A stretch of 64,000 nucleotides of DNA from Basidiobolus meristosporus CBS 931.73 (GCA_002104905.1 MCFE01000308.1:1-64000), one strand, 5' to 3'; counted from the first letter of the stretch, positions 37,210 to 48,300 are shown. Notes: a model not told the origin generated them from the letters alone. Translations and numbers: made by a program.

Positions 37210-37953
37210 AGCTACATATCCAATAAGAATTATTTTTGCTCTAGCTTCCATTATACCTTTATACCCTATATAGAATACCCTAATAGAATTTTAGATGGCA
37301 TTAGTTTAGATCAAACATGCAATTCACCCTGATATACACTACTTATGAGCCTAACTACTAACATTCTAATAAGTTATAAGCAATGTAAAGTTTAAGGTTG
37401 TTTGTAGGGTAGAATACCAGCATTGAAATGCAATAATGAAATTCTTACTAGAAAGCTTTCATATATTGCAGATGTATTTCATACGTGATCAATAAAAACA
37501 TGCAAAGGAGTTTTAAGACTGGTAGAATTTCATTTAAAATACGAATACTTCAAGATACAATTGGCTAAATATGGAGCACCTGTAAGTTGTATTTGCTGTT
37601 AGCAACACCTGCATATATTAGCAAACATCATAAAATTCAACTTTATAGGGATACTTGGTTGTTATAATTCAAAGGTTCACGTTGAATATACAGCTTGGCT
37701 TCCCAATAAAACCAGTCAAGCAAAGTTGAGCCCTTTCAGCCCATTAACCTCAGATTCCAATCCTTATTATACAACCAGCTATTCGTTCATTTCGCCCAAA
37801 TGCACTGAGCATTTAACGAATGATATTTTTCAAGATAGAAGCTTCATTTACAGGATGGATGTTAAGTTAAGCAAGATGGTTATAGAACAGTACATCACAC
37901 AGGCGAGATACAAAAATTGCATGGGTCACTTAGTTCACTTACACTCACGATAT

Positions 37954-39981
37954 TTACCAGATGTTTGCCCTTTCCGCTTCACTGCGATACATCTTATCCC
38001 CTTCCTTCACACCAAATGCATCGTAAAACTCTTGGAAGTTTGAGCATGGTCCGTTGACTCTCCAGATCCCCGGGGAGTGTGGGTCGGTACGAAGACGCAA
38101 CAATGCCTCCTCCTTGCGAATGACATTCTTCCAAACTTGAGCATAGGCCGAGAAAAACTGTTGCTCTGGAGAAAGACCATCCACGGTGCCAACTGCTCCT
38201 GGGTTGTTCTTCTGCCATTCCTGAAAAGCCAGATAGGAGAGCTTCACTCCTCCAATATCCGCAATGTTCTCGCCTTGGGTCAGGTTTCCATTGACCTTGG
38301 CCCCATAGATCTCATAGCTGCTGTAGAGATCGACAACAATCTTCGCCCGCTTCTCGAACTCTGCTGCGTCGGTGGGGGTCCACCAATCCTCCAGGTTGCC
38401 TTGCGCGTTGTAGTTACGACCCTGATCATCATAGCCGTGGGTGATTTCATGCCCGATAACCGCCCCGATGCCTCCGAAGTTCGCGGCAGCATTTCCCCTG
38501 GGATCCTTCTCATCGGGTGGGTAGAAGAAAGGAGGCTGGAGAATTCCAGCTGGGAAGGCGATACTGTTGGATGTGGGATCATAATAAGCATTCACTTCAT
38601 AAGCAGTCATGTACCAGACAGATTTATCAGATGGCGAGTTTGATGCTTTCAGAATCTTCTTGAAATGTACCCCAGCGATATTGAGCACGTTGGAGAGCAA
38701 GGGTCGATTTCGAGAAATCTCAATATATGTGTAGTTATCCCAATTTTCTGGATAACCAATCTTGACATCGAGTCCCTTCAGCTTTTCAAGTGCACGCGTA
38801 CGAGTCTCAGGACCCATCCACTCAATTGTCTGTAGGCGTGTTGCCAATGCATCCTGAATGAGGGTCACCATCTCTTGAGCTTGTGCTTTGGCTTCGGGCT
38901 TGAATTTCTCCTGGACAAATGGCTGGCTCAAGGTATCAGGGATCTGAGAGCCTATCACACCTAACATAAACTTCCACCGTGGGGATGGTTCACTTTGGCC
39001 TCGAAGAGTGCGTCCATAGAAGTCGAAATCTTGTGCTTCGTACTGCTGGCCAAGGAAGCTGGCACTGTAGCCAAGGACTTGCCACTGCAGGTATGTTCGC
39101 CAATCATCCGTATGGAAGCTGCTGAACAAGGTGTTGACGTATCTTAGGAAGTTCGGGTTGTCCACTATCACGTCACCATCACCGAAGCAATGCCCTTGGG
39201 GCCATCCCAGCGATTGGCAATAGGTGAGCCAGGGGAATGCCGGGGTGAGTGCTCGCAGTTGTTCGAAGGTGAGTTTGTTGTATGTGCGATACACATCTCG
39301 CATTTCAACGGATGATAGCGAGTTGTTGGCAAGGGCCGTCTCAAAGTCCAACACAACTTTGGCTTTGGCCGCACCATCCTTGACTTGGGCGAGGGTGAAG
39401 ATCTTCTCAACATGCTCCTGATATTTCTGACGAATCTCAGCTTGATCCGGATCCAGGTAGTACTCTCTGCTAGGAAGTGATAGGCCACTCTGTCCAATGT
39501 AGGAGAGTGTCCAGGTCGAGTTTTTGCTATCAGGTTGGGCGCTGATTCCGAACAGAGGACTGCCTCCATGGACGGAGATAAGAAGACTGTGGAGTTTGCC
39601 AATGGCTTTGGCGGTGTCATCAGGAGTGCGAACAATTGCCACCTGATTTAGCAAGGCTTTGATGGGATCTAAGCCCGATTGTTCAATCAGGGTAGTATTC
39701 ATTCCCGAGGCATAGAAATCGCCCAGTAGGCTGGGTGTGGTTGAGTTTCCTGCCTTCTCCAGCAGGGTCAGGAGGAATTTTGAGTTCCTTTCGTCTACTA
39801 CTGAAAATGTATTCCACCGAGACTGATCTGGTGGCAGGGTTATGTTTTTGATCCAATCATAATTGACATGGAAGTAGAAATCCTCCGAGGCAGCAGGCAC
39901 CTGGGGTGGCAAGTCCTGAGTGTAAACATAGCCCGCGTTGATGGACAATGACAGCACGAGGAGATGGATTGGCTTTCGCAT
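37954..39981 (-). CDS. Secreted M13 metallopeptidase, copy 4, intronless, 675 aa
   Basis: All catalytic motifs intact; last ~220 codons almost identical to copy 2. Confidence 0.95.
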   Translation of the reverse strand: MRKPIHLLVLSLSINAGYVYTQDLPPQVPAASEDFYFHVNYDWIKNITLPPDQSRWNTFSVVDERNSKFLLTLLEKAGNSTTPSLLGDFYASGMNTTLIEQSGLDPIKALLNQVAIVRTPDDTAKAIGKLHSLLISVHGGSPLFGISAQPDSKNSTWTLSYIGQSGLSLPSREYYLDPDQAEIRQKYQEHVEKIFTLAQVKDGAAKAKVVLDFETALANNSLSSVEMRDVYRTYNKLTFEQLRALTPAFPWLTYCQSLGWPQGHCFGDGDVIVDNPNFLRYVNTLFSSFHTDDWRTYLQWQVLGYSASFLGQQYEAQDFDFYGRTLRGQSEPSPRWKFMLGVIGSQIPDTLSQPFVQEKFKPEAKAQAQEMVTLIQDALATRLQTIEWMGPETRTRALEKLKGLDVKIGYPENWDNYTYIEISRNRPLLSNVLNIAGVHFKKILKASNSPSDKSVWYMTAYEVNAYYDPTSNSIAFPAGILQPPFFYPPDEKDPRGNAAANFGGIGAVIGHEITHGYDDQGRNYNAQGNLEDWWTPTDAAEFEKRAKIVVDLYSSYEIYGAKVNGNLTQGENIADIGGVKLSYLAFQEWQKNNPGAVGTVDGLSPEQQFFSAYAQVWKNVIRKEEALLRLRTDPHSPGIWRVNGPCSNFQEFYDAFGVKEGDKMYRSEAERANIW

Positions 39982-41200
39982 TGGAATATGGTAAATCCAC
40001 TTAGTAGCGCGTGAGTGCTGGACTGATGGGCAAAATGAGGGCTGACTTTTATATTGTCAACCTGATTACCTACTCATCGTCCTTGAGTGATCAGATGATT
40101 GATTCTTGCCAAAATAGAGATCACAGTTACCAACGCTTAATGACATTAGATCAGCAATGGAAGGATGTTCGAACCACAAGTGAACCATCGGCTGCAATAC
40201 AATCCAATGAACTTGGTATTATCATCAAAATAAACAAGGGCTGAATCATAAATTGCTCTATAGTAGTAATAATTGGCTGAGCAGGTGGGTGGACTAGTGA
40301 ATCAGCGAGCTGGAAATAGGATTAGCATGAGATCCAAAGATTCATTAGTGCAGGTTTAAAAATACGAAGCAACCTTTCTATTCTTTCGCCCTATCACCAT
40401 TGTACGTCCTTGGGAAAATTCGGCACTGTGCCAGATTCAAATGAAAACCCGTGCTGCAAAATGGCTAATACGACTACTCGATTTAAAGGTTCAAAAGTGC
40501 AGTTGGATTCTTTATGTAGTGTTTCGAACCACTGATTGCATTGGATCTGATATAGGCTTGTAAACCAAGTACGGATCAACTAGTATTCGCTTCGTGACTT
40601 GCCTTGAACTTCCGTAATCTATGATAGTTCCTGATTGGATCCAGCAGCAACACAGAAATTCCACAAGCAACAGTATCCAGTAGTGCGAATCTGACAGGAA
40701 GCAGGTATATAGGTATTGTATATTTCAAAGCCTTCTGCCAGGGAAATTAATGGGTTGGCCTAAAGCCTGAAGTTAAATATCATATGTATAGGCGATTTCC
40801 GTTTATTCACATCTCAGATACTTGAACTGTTTCTAGCCAGTCAAACATTTCAAACTATTGACCCTCAACCAAGATTCACCAGAAATTATGATGAAGTTCC
40901 CCATTTTCCCATGCATGATGCCACCTCTATACACTAGAGTCACCTAAATGCCTTAATATGAATAGTATGTATTGAATACCGAATAGCAAATCTATTAACA
41001 GAGGCAAAGTCATCTGGCCCTTCAATAAGCTGAGCTATAAGCAGTAACTTTGAGAATTCACTTAGATAGCCTTATATTCTGTTTTAACGAGAAAGTTTCT
41101 ACTTGGTGAAAATTGCGCTGTGCCCATATAGGATCCACCAGGTATGCTTGGATTATATGCATTCAAAAATTGGATGATGTTCTTGCCTTAGTTCGCAATT

Positions 41201-43228
41201 TTACCAGATATCTGCCCTTTCCGCTTCACTGCGATACATCTTATCCCCTTCCTTCACATCAAATGCATCGTAAAACTCTTGAAAGTTCGAGCATGGTCCG
41301 TTGACTCTCCAGATCCCCGGGGAGTGTGGGTCAATTTGAATATACAGCAACGCCTCCTCCTTGCGAATGATATTCTTCCAAACTTGAGCATAGGCCGAGA
41401 AAAACTGTTGCTCTGGAGAAAGACCATCCACGGTGCCAACTGCTCCTGGGTTGTTCTTCTGCCATTCCCGAAAAGCCAGATAGGAGAGCTTCACTCCTCC
41501 AATATCCGCAATGTTCTCGCCTTGGGTCAGGTTTCCATTGACCTTGGCCCCATAGATCTCATAGCTGCTGTAGAGATCGACAACAATCTTCGCCCGCTTC
41601 TCGAACTCTGCTGCGTCAGTGGGGGTCCACCAATCCTCCAGGTTGCCTTGCGCGTTGTAGTTACGACCCTGATCATCATAGCCGTGGGTGATTTCATGCC
41701 CGATAACCGCCCCGATGCCTCCGAAGTTCGCGGCAGCATTTCCCCTGGGATCCTTCTCATCGGGTGGGTAGAAGAAAGGAGGCTGGAGAATTCCAGCTGG
41801 GAAGGCGATACTGTTGTATGTTCCATAATAGTACGCGTTCACTAGATAAGGAGCCATGAGCCATATCGATTTATCAGATGGCGAGTTTGATGCTTTCAGA
41901 ATCTTCTTGAAATTTACCGCAGAGATATTGAGCACATTGGAGAGCAAGGGTAAATTACGAGCTATTTCAACATCCGTGTAGTTATCCCAATTTTCTGGAT
42001 AACCAATCTTGACATCGAGTCCCTTCAGCTTTTCAAGTGCACGCGCACGAGTCTCGGGACCCATCCACTCAATTGTCTGTAGGCGTGTTGCCAATGCATC
42101 CTGAATGAGGGTCACTAGCTCTTGAGCTTGTGCTTTGGCTTCGGGCTTGAATTTCTCCTGGACAAATGGCTGGCTCAAGGCATCAGGGATCTGAGAGCCT
42201 ATCACACCTAACATAAACTTCCACCGTGGGGATGGTTCACTTTGGCCTCGAAGAGTGCGTCCATAGAAGTCGAAATCTTGTGATTTATACTGCTGGCCAA
42301 GGTAGCTGGCACTGTAGCCAAGGACTTGCCACTGCAGGTATGTTCGCCAATCATCCGTATGGAAGCTGCTGAACAAGGTGTTGACGTATCTTAGGAAGTT
42401 CGGGCTGTCCACTATCACGTCACCATCACCGAAGCAATGCCCTTGGGGCCATCCCAGCGATTGGCAATAGGTGAGCCAGGGGAATGCCGGGGTGAGTGCC
42501 CGCAGTTGTTCGAAGGTGAGTTTGTTGTATGTGCGATACACATCTCGCATTTCAACGGATGATAGCGAGTTGTTGGCAAGGGCCGTCTCAAAGTCCAACA
42601 CAACCTTGGCTTTGGCCGCACCATCCTTGACTTGGGCGAGGGTGAAGATCTTCTCAACATGCTCCTGATATTTCTGACGAATCTCAGCTTGATCCGGATC
42701 CAGGTAGTACTCTCTGCTAGGAAGTGATAGGCCACTCTGTCCAATGTAGGAGAGTGTCCAGGTCGAGTTTTTGCTATCGGGCCAGGCACTGATTCCGAAT
42801 AAAGGGCTTCCACCATATACTGAAATTGCGAGACTGTGGAGTTTGCCAATGGCTTTGGCGGTGTCATCAGGAGTGCGAACAATTGCCACCTGATTTAGCA
42901 AGGCTTTGATGGGATCTAAGCCTGATTGCTCAATCAGGGTAGTATTCATTCCCGAGGCATAGAAATCGCCCAGAAGGCTGGGTGTGGTTGAGTTTCCTGC
43001 CTTCTCCAGCAGGGTCAGGAGGAATTTTGAGTTCCTTTCATCTACTGCGGCAAACGGACTCCACTGAGTCTGGTCTGGTGGCAGAGTTATGTTTTTGATC
43101 CAATCATAATTGACATGGAAGTAGAAATCCTCCGAGGCAGCAGGCACCTGGGGTGGCAAGTCCTGAGTGTAAACATAGCCCGCGTTGATGGACAATGACA
43201 GCACGAGGAGATGGATTGGCTTTCGCAT
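41201..43228 (-). CDS. Secreted M13 metallopeptidase, copy 5, intronless, 675 aa
   Basis: All catalytic motifs intact. Variant patches QWSPFAAV, LMAPYLVNAYYYGTYN and LYIQIDPH in an otherwise copy-4-like scaffold. Confidence 0.95.
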   Translation of the reverse strand: MRKPIHLLVLSLSINAGYVYTQDLPPQVPAASEDFYFHVNYDWIKNITLPPDQTQWSPFAAVDERNSKFLLTLLEKAGNSTTPSLLGDFYASGMNTTLIEQSGLDPIKALLNQVAIVRTPDDTAKAIGKLHSLAISVYGGSPLFGISAWPDSKNSTWTLSYIGQSGLSLPSREYYLDPDQAEIRQKYQEHVEKIFTLAQVKDGAAKAKVVLDFETALANNSLSSVEMRDVYRTYNKLTFEQLRALTPAFPWLTYCQSLGWPQGHCFGDGDVIVDSPNFLRYVNTLFSSFHTDDWRTYLQWQVLGYSASYLGQQYKSQDFDFYGRTLRGQSEPSPRWKFMLGVIGSQIPDALSQPFVQEKFKPEAKAQAQELVTLIQDALATRLQTIEWMGPETRARALEKLKGLDVKIGYPENWDNYTDVEIARNLPLLSNVLNISAVNFKKILKASNSPSDKSIWLMAPYLVNAYYYGTYNSIAFPAGILQPPFFYPPDEKDPRGNAAANFGGIGAVIGHEITHGYDDQGRNYNAQGNLEDWWTPTDAAEFEKRAKIVVDLYSSYEIYGAKVNGNLTQGENIADIGGVKLSYLAFREWQKNNPGAVGTVDGLSPEQQFFSAYAQVWKNIIRKEEALLYIQIDPHSPGIWRVNGPCSNFQEFYDAFDVKEGDKMYRSEAERADIW

Positions 43229-43639
43229 TGGAATTTGGTAAATCCACTTGGTAAAGATTGTATGCCTGAGAATAGGACAAGGATCATCAGTGGAGTTTTA
43301 TAATGTTGGAATGGTCACCTACTCGAGGCTCATGCTGGATCAGATGATTGATTTTGGGGAAAACGGAAAATCGCAGTTACCAACTCTTGCTGAGAAATTG
43401 GTCAGCAACCGAAATACATTTAAAGCACAAGTGAATCATCGACTACACTGCAGTTTTTTCAAAATTAGAGTGGTGATGAGTCTGATCAGCAGAAAGTATG
43501 ACAGCTAAGTGGACTTCTTACTGCGGATTAGAAGATGCTAAGTGGCCATGCGCATTATCTCACCCCAGCAATGGTAAAAGCCTGACCAGATCGCTCATTG
43601 TGCATTCTACTAGCGGATGTCACTACACAGAGCCAACCC

Positions 43640-43930
43640 TGCTAGCTCTTGGTTATCGGGGTATTTCTTCTCCTAAGTGGCAGTGATCGACAGGCAATTA
43701 GTGATAATTGCGGATTATTCCTTGCGATTGACAGCCCAACATGAATTTCGGTATGACTGGTATATTCCAGTTGTCTTCAGATTCTATTCTGAAACCCTTC
43801 CAGTAACCTCATTGACAAGCGTAAATCACCATGCCTCCTTGGTAACCTGCGGTTCCGCGCCAAATTGTCACCACTGTGACACCTTAACCATGCCCGAATC
43901 AACTATTGGTACAGGCGGAGGAAACATACT
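43640..43930 (-). pseudogene. Second copy of the decayed spacer ORF, upstream of copy 5
   Basis: Nucleotide homology to ~35560-35850, e.g. ttgcgattgacagcccaacatgaatttcg vs ttgcgatcactagcccgccatggatttcg. Confidence 0.35.
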
Positions 43931-44984
43931 CCAAGTGATGTGGTTGAGTTGTCGGTCTGCGGATGCGATTGATTGGCATGATAAGGAAGCCCCTACGGAT
44001 TTACCCCATACACAACAATGATGTATTGGAAATTGCTTCACTTTCTGTGCAGCAACCACCAAGCATCTAAAGTTACCACTTCAAAGGCTAAATGGCTTAA
44101 CATCAGATACATCTTTAAATTATATCTCCGATAACCACATTTTGATCCCGGTTGACATGGCTGCACATGCAGTGACAATCTGAAGCGTCGGGGTTGTGGC
44201 TTTCCTTTTGTCGCGACATGGCTTCAACCAGTCACTTTTCTAGTATCCATATGTATCAATGCAGCATTCTTCACTTGCGAAAATCATGAAGATTTTGCTA
44301 CATCCATTTCCAACTAATTGGGATTGATTTCCTAACGAACAGCTCTCTGAATTGGGGCGAACTGCAATTTCAACTCTAGGTATTCTTTACATTAGCATCC
44401 TTCATACGGCCAGCTCTGCTGCAAGGTAGTAAATGCAAGCCAGCCATAGTAAGCCCTTGTTCCAGAATCCACAGAGATACCAAGATTTTGGAGGTTGGTG
44501 AGAAATAGAAAAACGAGTATGCTTCCCTTATTGATTTAGTGAGTAGAAATCCAATATACAAACCATTTGAGAGCTCCCTATGTTGCGAACGGTAGGTTTA
44601 GCACCTGATTATTAATGTATTTTACACTTTCATCTTACCAACTCAAGGTTTACTGACTTGGAATGAATGTCATATTCACCAACTCTTGAGTTGTAGAGAT
44701 ACTGGAAACTACCAAAAGCTTCAATCGCACCTTGTATTATGTACACAACTTCCTGGAACCTTTCACAACGTTACTTATACAAAGTTCACACAAAAGCACT
44801 ACCATAACTTCGCATATCTACATATGAAAGGCCTCGCTTACCTCTAAGCACCCCCCCCAAATCATATTCAGCCACTCACTGTTACCTTCAACACCCTACT
44901 GGTGGTATGCTTGGAAGTGATCTGATGATATTAAACATCACGTTTGTTGGTATTTGTTAGTTTACTGGGCTAAAGTCGAGTGCT

Positions 44985-45120
44985 GTTAGTTTTAGTGGAT
45001 CTATCAATCAAGGTATGCCAGCTGAAAGTTGTCCTATCAGAATCTTTGATAGAGCCCTCAGAGTATCATATGAAAATCAGCAGAGACCCAAGCTGAATCA
45101 GACCATTCAAAAATGCGAAA
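44985..45120 (+). mobile_element. Possible hAT transposase C-terminal (dimerisation) remnant
   Basis: MPAESCPIRIFDRA...YENQQRPKLNQTIQ loosely matches the hAT PASS.P.ER.FS...R.RL consensus. Short and degenerate. Confidence 0.2.
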
Positions 45121-45394
45121 TAGGGCTCATTTTTGGATCTAGTAGTGTATGTATTGCATCGGGCATCGTATAGAGTACTCTTAGGCAAAGATGAAGCCCG
45201 GCGATTAATTGGAATTCTACTAGAGTGGAACGCTTGGGGCTCTTAATTAGAAAACATCAAGGTTGCTAACTGTAGATGATATTTAATTATCTGGGCAATG
45301 CTTGGAAGTATGTAGAGGTAAAAGAAAAGGATAACCTTAAGTAAAGTAGCATCTCTGTAGCTGGTGAGCATTGGAGTGGGGTAGCAATCTACAA

Positions 45395-45486
45395 AGAATT
45401 TGGGCAAGACAATCTAAGATTCATAGACTATGATCCAAGTAACCCAGTGATTGGAATATCTAGGTGTAATTACAAAATTTGCAACA
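45395..45486 (-). mobile_element. 5' fragment of the Copia-family LTR
   Basis: Reverse complement TGTTGCAAATTTTGTAATTACACCTAGATATT...GATCATAGTCTA matches the first ~90 nt of the other LTRs. Confidence 0.65.
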
Positions 45487-46349
45487 GCATTTACCAAGGC
45501 TCTGGGAAGTAAAGAATACAAGTCCATATTCTTTGGATTGGCATTGTAATGCTGGAGTACTCTTGGTACACTCGTATTTCTGAAGTAACATCAAAGCTGA
45601 GGTCAAACTCAAATTATCCCACATCTCCTTGCCTAAGGGCTAAAGTATGAGCAGTACCATTATTGCAACAGGTCTCACTTTTGAATCCCTTGGTTTTAAT
45701 CTAAACACTGTACTGTTGGTGAAATTTTGAGGAACTGTAGTCAGCTTAATAATTTGAAGGATGAGAGACAAGGGTTATGGAAAACTTGAGGGACTGGAAC
45801 ACGGGGATTAATATCATCGCAGGCCAAAGAGTGGTGGAGGTTTTTGGAGAATTAGGTGCGATACATACGTATATATTTGGATAACTATTGTGAGCGATCT
45901 TGATAGAATGATTCGACTTGGTGGAGACATGGTTTTAGGCAGCCAGATCATTCCAGGTGAAATGCTAGAAATGGGAAAATTCAACCCATAGTTTGTCATT
46001 CTGGTGAGGATCTGGTCATGATCGCTGAAGAATCGAGGGGGCGAGGGCAGATCAGAGTAAACACCAAAGAGTATCCCCATGCACACAGAATATACTGGGC
46101 AAACCGCAAGAAATCAAATGCAATTCTTATTCGCGTTGGCGATGTGCAAAGCTGTGTAGGCTTTATCGATGCAGTGGGTATCGATCCATCACAGCCGCTT
46201 CATCATAGACGTAGGCAAAGTTAGCGTAACATCAATTCCTTGCGCCGCAGGGTGTGGTCACCACCGCGTAGCCCATTCCAATGGGTTCTCCCCCATGTAG
46301 AACAGTCTTGGATATGTAGCCTCATGATATCAACCCTTGAAGTCGCTGG

Positions 46350-47700
46350 TATGAGATGTGTAGGTATTTTACCATCTTGCTACCATCCTGTAAAGTAACA
46401 TCTCCAGTTGAGTGTAATTTACCGGTTGAATTTCTCTATGCACACCTGATAAGAGGTACACATCGCACTCGAGGTATGAGTCATTGCAACCTCATGTCAC
46501 CAGGGGAGCAACACAAAATCGTCATCCAAAGGCCTTGGTAGTGCCATATCTTACTGGAGCGGATGGGTGGTTAGGTTTCTGGTCCCTCCTTCGGGACACA
46601 ATTCAGGAAGCTAGCACCAGCAATCGTGGTGGAATTAGGGTGCAGCCGTTTGCAGGGTGGCGAATTGGCGCGGTGGCGCTAGCGCTAATACGCCAAGCAT
46701 GTCTGGCGTCAGCTACTTCGAACTGGCTAGCCTTGACCGACCCAAAGGTTGGAAAATACTAGGACGCCTTCGTGGAGACCATCACCAGAAGGGCAACATT
46801 CCGCTGGATGGACCATGCATTTCGGATCTACGAGAAATCTTCGATCATTGAATGCGCCAATATCCGCACTGCTCCCTCAAGATTGTCGCCTCTATACGGA
46901 GATGAGTCATTGGATATTCCGTTAGAGACGCATTCCTATTTCCAAAAATGGTTTGTATGACAACTTGGCGCCCGGTCATTAGCATTCCAAGGCATGCACA
47001 CACCATGTTACCACCGCAACTCACGAGAATTCAATGAGTATCTCGTCTAAGCAAGCCAAAACAGGGGCACGATGATATCCACCAAATCATGCAGCCACCT
47101 CACGGTGTTTCTTACCAATAGATCATCCGGTGCTTTTTTCTAAAGCAACTGATTTCCCTATTGTCCCACTTATCGGACTGGAGATCACGTGTAGTAAAAG
47201 GGTTCACCAGCAGCGTCTATACATGCGTGTGTCCATGGTCCGGAAAGAACCCACTGGACTGGCGAGCGGATAGATGGGCAGCCTAGACCAACTGCAAGAA
47301 ATACTGAACCTTCCCAACGCCAACTACACACGCACACGCTCTGCTCCGCCTCACCCCCACTGCTACCTGTACTACGTTGGTCGAGACTAAATGAACCGAA
47401 TTGCATTTTGATCCAAATCAGCAACTCCACCGTTTCATCTGGAACCATGCATGGCGAAGGTTACTTGGATGACTTGCAAGGTTTGCCAAAGTCCATGTTT
47501 GGACTGGTCATGGTTTACGGATCGAAATTGCCTATGCTGGCACTCGATCTGGAAACACCTCGATGATATCACCGCATGTGAGAAATCCACCTTCGTCCAA
47601 CTTCATTTGGTCAGTTGTGGAATGGCATCACCTCAGCTGACTCCCATATCTGGGGCCACCTCATGGACTCCCTTCGAGTCTCCGGTGGCCATCAATTGGC
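46350..47700 (+). mobile_element. Possible heavily decayed non-LTR (L1-like) retroelement ORF2 remnant
   Basis: Fragments RG.T..KIVIQRPW*CHIL, WSLLRDTIQ...GGIRV...SNWLAL and CKVC...HSIWKHL recall the post-RT and Zn-knuckle regions of LINEs. Many stops. Confidence 0.2.
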
Positions 47701-48300
47701 TCTTCTAAAGCTGCCAACCCATGGAACCTAACGAAATATCCATTTGTGGTATGCTTGGGGGATTTTCAGTCAAGAGTCATTCACGTGGTGCAAGGGTCCT
47801 TCATAGTGGCACCCACATAACCCATAACAACTAGATGCATCATTCGGCCCAAATGATGACCAAGGGAATCAGCTACTAAAATGAGGTTCGTCGTGACACG
47901 TGATATCACCCAGTCCACCTAACAAAGTTGCGTAATCCGGCCCTACGCATGTGGAGATTCCAGTCAACTGCCACACATCGACACTAGACATTGTTGAGAG
48001 AAAGATTTCCATGGAATAAATAAGGGGTCGGTCATTTCATGAGTGTAGTATGTTTAATGGAATCGACAAGATGTAAATATCGGGAGGATCTCGACCACTA
48101 GACGGCATCGAAAAATGATTGCTTTTTGGGCATTAAGCGAAAGAAAATCTCAGGTATTGAAATGAAGGATAGGTTAGGCTAGGCGGATTAGATGCTACCA
48201 TTGAAAATGAGGACAACCCTTTAGAAATTCATGGTCATCTGGAAATCAACATACAAAATGGGTATTACAGGTTATGTATGGGGTAGTGGAAGGGTTGAAT

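Noticed and set aside
29806-41845. Recurrent 188-191 aa plus-strand ORFs and 100-155 aa alternative-frame ORFs in each M13 copy
   Set aside because: They are antisense or shifted-frame shadows of near-identical coding DNA and are broken in copies 1 and 3. No recognisable motifs.
43600-44200. Possible sixth decayed M13 gene (tgtggttgagtt and catgtcaac similarities)
   Set aside because: Matches are very short. The region instead aligns with the spacer upstream of copy 3.
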